Positions 59,942 to 64,000 of a stretch of DNA of 64,000 bases are shown in pieces; position 1 is the stretch's first letter, and each line of letters opens with the position of its first letter. Source of the DNA: an uncultured Nitrososphaeraceae archaeon (lineage in GTDB: Archaea > Thermoproteota > Nitrososphaeria > Nitrososphaerales > Nitrososphaeraceae). The translations under genes and the position numbers were made by a program. The notes beneath the pieces were generated by a model. It made no database searches and was not told the DNA's origin. It saw only the letters and a program-made list of their open reading frames with translations. Where the stretch lies: positions 96,001 to 160,000 of the forward strand of contig CAWGVG010000003.1 of assembly GCA_963825865.1 (NCBI GenBank), written 5' to 3'.

Positions 59942-60869
59942 ATGCAGACTCAAAGCAGGAGATATCAGCAACAATAATCCTATCACATTAGAAGCGAATA
60001 AAACACTTTATGACGTTCGCAATCTCCTAATTAAATATAACATTAGCAGAGTTATAATTGTAAAGGAAAAGGAAAAGGAAAACAAAGAACCGATAGGGAT
60101 CATTACAGAGAAAGATATCGCTCGCTTTCTTTTTAGAGACTTACCTAGGAGACGTCTTGGTGAAATAAGAATAGATGAGGCCATAAGAAATCAAAATCTG
60201 ATAACAGCGAAAGAAGATACTGATGTAAGTAGTTGTGCTAGATCAATGGTGGAAAATAGCATAAGCTCTTTAATAATAACTGCAGACAGCATTTTAAGAG
60301 GAGTATTAACCAAGACGGACCTTTTGGATGCATATGCAAAGAGTTATGGCGGAGATGTCACAGCAAATGAATACATGACCAAGAGAGTGCTAACGGTAAA
60401 TCCCGATGAGTCCGTGCATATGGTACTCCTTATAATGGTAGATAGCAATGTGTCTAGGGTTGTTGTAGTTGAAGATAATAAGAAAAATAGCAAACCTGTT
60501 GGAATAATTACCAGTCATGATTTATTGCCTGCAAGCACAAAATTACATGCAAATAAAACGACACCTTATACTCGATATTGGATGAAAAGCAAAGATATCC
60601 AAAATAACAAAATGAAAGATAACGCTACGGATATTGTTGGCAGGAGCAGAAGAAGCAACTTACCATATGGAATGAAAAGGATACTATTAGCTGAGGATAT
60701 TATGAAATTTAATCTTATCATTGTTACAGATTATGCCGATTTAGTGGACGTAGCACTTATAATGAAAGGGAATAGGATAAGCGGTCTTCCTGTTGTAGAT
60801 TCAAATGATAAGCTTGTTGGAATAATCACAAAAACAGACATTGCTAGAGCAATAGTAGACGGTAAATAA
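59942..60869 (+). CDS. multi-CBS-domain protein, start probably frameshifted
   Basis: Frame open from 59943: LKAGDI..GIITEKDI, GVLTKTDL, GIITSHDL, ISGLPVV, GIITKTDI. Confidence 0.85.
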
Positions 60870-61080
60870 TAGAGCTTGATTACTAGCTTCTATCTATGCT
60901 ACTAGTATTCTTCTTCTTCTATGATATTCAAGTATCATTTCCTTTTGGCCTTCATTAAGGGTAGCGAGCTAGCTTAGCATCGCCTTCTCACACGATTTTA
61001 CGGTCTAATGATGATGGCATGAATAATCAAGAAATACGTACCGCAAAGAAAACAATAAAATATTATTATCTTCTATTTGG

Positions 61081-61533
61081 GTGGTTTTTTACGACTTGAC
61101 AATTGAATGGGATGCAGTAATTGTTGAAAATGTGTTACTAGCCTTGATAATTGTTGGGACAATTTATGTTGAGGGATGGTTCCAGAGAAAAGCACAACAG
61201 CGCAAAGACAAAGACATGATCAGACAGACAGTTATGTTCATAACTTCTGACCTTCAAGGAAAATTGCGATTTATAGAAGAATCAATCCAATACCACGATT
61301 ACAAACCCTTCTTTACTAACATGTGGGATGCAATGATATTAGCAGGTAGACACGCATTACTTCCTTTTGAAATGTTCGAAGACTTAGAGCATACTTATTC
61401 GTCCATGAAATACTACAATACTGAGCTGCAAAGCAATAAAACTGACGAAAACGTTCTTAAAGATCTTTTAGCGGATGTAAGGAAGGCTATATATCATTCG
61501 CTTGAGAATCTGAGTGAAACTAAAAAGCCTTAG
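61081..61533 (+). CDS. membrane-anchored hypothetical protein
   Basis: N-terminal TM; DYKPFFTNMWDA..MKYYNTEL; intact ORF. Confidence 0.65.
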   Translation: MVFYDLTIEWDAVIVENVLLALIIVGTIYVEGWFQRKAQQRKDKDMIRQTVMFITSDLQGKLRFIEESIQYHDYKPFFTNMWDAMILAGRHALLPFEMFEDLEHTYSSMKYYNTELQSNKTDENVLKDLLADVRKAIYHSLENLSETKKP

Positions 61534-62064
61534 CTCATTTAGGATAATTTCATCATCAACGACTCTCCACCAGACAGATCCAAGAGCTGCCACTACTCCC
61601 ATTGAAACATCGGAAAGTTATTCCTGGTTTGAAAATTGATACATCTTATCTTAACTCACAAGAGGCAGAAATCACAAAAAAGGCAAACACAACTTTGAAG
61701 TTAAATAAGCAAAAACAGAAAGATAACTATCCCCTCAAGCACTAGTGTGGCGTTTGTAAGTAGGTATATTCTTTAGCTGGATATAATGACTGTGTCTTTA
61801 AAGTATTTTTTATATGGAAATATCATACTTTCCTAATCACCCTTCTCCTTCCAATTGATTGCCTTCCATTACAATTCTTATTTATTTGTATTATGCTAGT
61901 AATGATGATAGGCTGTGGAGTTTGATTAATTCATGTATAAGCGAGCAAGGCATGGATTGGATGGAAGTAGGTATTGTCGTTTATTTCCTTATGGCTATAT
62001 TGTATGTTTTTAAGGCCATCTCACTCTATTTCATATGGTACCTAATCAAAAATACAGGCAGCGG

Positions 62065-62544
62065 CTAATCCCGGTAATATTTTATTATCTCTGAGATAAC
62101 ATTATCTTCCTCTGTATGTCTTATTTTTCCAGCCTGTTCTCTATACCTAGTAAAGTCCATGGGAGTAATAATACCTACAGGCTTTCCTACAGCATCTCTA
62201 TTATCAATGACAAGCAAATGCCTTATTCTATTTTGGAGAAGCACATCAGCTGCTTGTTTTGGCGAGGAATCAGAATTAATGGTAATAAGAGGAGAAGATA
62301 TTATGTCGACAATTCTTATAGCATCAATATTGCCAATACTTTCATTTGCACATACCTTTCTGACTATATCGCGCTCAGTTACTAAACCTACAGGTTTGTT
62401 GTCATTATCTCTATTAACTACCACTAATGAACTAACATCCTCTTCTTTCATTTTCTTTGCAGCTTGCCGGACAGATGCCTCTTCTTTAATTGTTTTTAGC
62501 TTCGTTGTCATAAAATCTATAACGGTTGTGTGAGTCAAGATCAT
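62065..62544 (-). CDS. CBS-pair protein
   Basis: VSSLVV, GLVTERDIV, IRHLLV, GIITPMD. Confidence 0.88.
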   Translation of the reverse strand: MILTHTTVIDFMTTKLKTIKEEASVRQAAKKMKEEDVSSLVVVNRDNDNKPVGLVTERDIVRKVCANESIGNIDAIRIVDIISSPLITINSDSSPKQAADVLLQNRIRHLLVIDNRDAVGKPVGIITPMDFTRYREQAGKIRHTEEDNVISEIIKYYRD

Positions 62545-63130
62545 TTACAATTTAAATTACAAATCTTTAAGGATAACGATGAAATCCAAATCTTTTTCTG
62601 TGAGACAAGCTAGAGATGTACGCGCAATCAAAGTAGTATACAGATATCTATAATAATAAAGAAATATTATACGGATATTAGATTAAGGTCAATAGATATA
62701 ACAGCCGTAGCGCCATATCTACTGTGAAATTATATAAGGAAGAAATATTTCTATTATCGTATCTATCTGAGCTTTAGGCTCGACAATATTTCTAATTTTT
62801 GACATTGTAATTTTTATAAAAACTTGTAAATCTTACAAACAATAAATAGTCAGTTACATAAATAGATGTAATACAATCTAATAAAGTAATACCATGACGT
62901 TTATACTGATTCTCTTTCTGAAACACGTCAGAAAAGACTTTACGACTATAGCTTCTAAATAAAACACTATGAAATATCCGTTGTTAGAATTTTAATTAAG
63001 CACCTAGACTTGATAGAAAAAAGAACCTACTGCTGTTAACCAAATGTAATTGCTAAAGCTTTATCAGATTAAGAATAATATGCATAATGGTAAGAAATAC
63101 AGGAGTGTATTCATCAGTACATGGTTTATT

Positions 63131-63247
63131 CTACTCCCCGATTTCAACGTCCTGATTAGAGTGGACGTCTTGATAATGCCTATCGGCATCATCTCTAGTA
63201 AGGAACTCTTTACCACAAATAGAACACCTAAATGTCCCATCTGTTAT
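63131..63247 (-). CDS. small C2H2 zinc-finger protein with no ATG
   Basis: (I)TDGTFRCSICGKEFLTRDDADRHYQDVH; in frame with the stop of the upstream gene. Confidence 0.55.
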   Translation of the reverse strand: MTDGTFRCSICGKEFLTRDDADRHYQDVHSNQDVEIGE

Positions 63248-63256
63248 TGTATATTC

Positions 63257-63739
63257 CTACATTTTGTATCCAATTTTCCTTAGAAATTGTTTTCTCTCTT
63301 CGACATCTCCTTCTGTCTCTATACCTTTTGATTTAAATCCGTCGACGACTCCAATTATTGCCCTTCCCTGTTCAGTTTCAATAAAGATTACTTCAATTGG
63401 ATTAGCTGTAGCACAGTATATGTTAACTACCTCTGGTACCTCTTTTAACCTTGGTAAAATGTTTATTGGATAAGCCTCCTTTATCAAGATTATTAGACTA
63501 TGTCCTACAGAGAGTTTGTATGCATAATCGGTTGCAAGTAATTCTAGATTACTATCATTTCCAGCATGCCTCACTAAACATGGACCACTGGATTCACAAA
63601 AGGCGATACCAAATTTTATGTCAGGTACACAATTAACTAAACATTCTGAAACATCTTCTACTGTTTTGATAAAATGACTCTGAGCTAGAATAATTTGAAC
63701 GTCCTTTGGAAGTTCTATTTTTGAAAATTGAAGCTCCAT
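63257..63739 (-). CDS. adenosine-specific kinase family (DUF355)
   Basis: QSHFIKTVED, FGIAFCESSGPCL, CATANP, GVVDG. Confidence 0.9.
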   Translation of the reverse strand: MELQFSKIELPKDVQIILAQSHFIKTVEDVSECLVNCVPDIKFGIAFCESSGPCLVRHAGNDSNLELLATDYAYKLSVGHSLIILIKEAYPINILPRLKEVPEVVNIYCATANPIEVIFIETEQGRAIIGVVDGFKSKGIETEGDVEERKQFLRKIGYKM

Positions 63740-64000
63740 AAATTAAGAGAATAACTATCAACTATTAATACACATGCTATCGGAAATTGGCAAGAGCAAT
63801 AATAATAATAAGGGCTTATATAATAATGGTGTATTTAATTGTTAAGACATTCTTAAGATGACTACTAGGTATGCAAAGTACGGAAAGATTAAAACCTCAA
63901 ATTCATCACCATCATCAGGAGCAAAAGCAACAGAAAAACAAGGACGACGACAACAAAACAAAGAAGAACAATCATTATTAGTAAACATACCATCTGGTTC

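Noticed and set aside
1-64000. tRNA/rRNA genes and diversity-generating retroelement
   Set aside because: No cloverleaf or rRNA signature noticed; no reverse transcriptase or TR/VR pair, and the mutated base is C rather than A

Overview
AT-rich archaeal chromosome segment, most consistent with an ammonia-oxidising Nitrososphaeraceae (Thaumarchaeota). Housekeeping genes include queD-like/queC, valS, pfkB, ubiX, XPB-like helicase, Dim2/Pno1, Rio1, DUF424, proteasome beta, carA/carB, TRAM, PAC2 and CBS proteins. They are interleaved with decayed mobile DNA: IS481, IS630 and IS6 relics, terminase-like fragments and a Top6B-Top6A fusion gene. Many essential genes carry single-base indels, so the assembly looks like unpolished long-read data and most frameshifts are probably errors. 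Two signals stand out. (1) A 1.1 kb stretch at 12221-13330 has almost no cytosine on the + strand (18 C by hand count) yet still reads as an IS481-family transposase. Its Cs appear replaced by T or A while Gs are spared, which points to strand-specific hypermutation or dense C modification confined to one transposon. (2) A 22-nt insertion in carB (39029-39050) folds into a bulge-helix-loop whose predicted endonuclease cut sites exactly restore the conserved GEAGE/FDYSG frame, i.e. a candidate mRNA intron. Family assignments are by motif recognition only; no searches were run.
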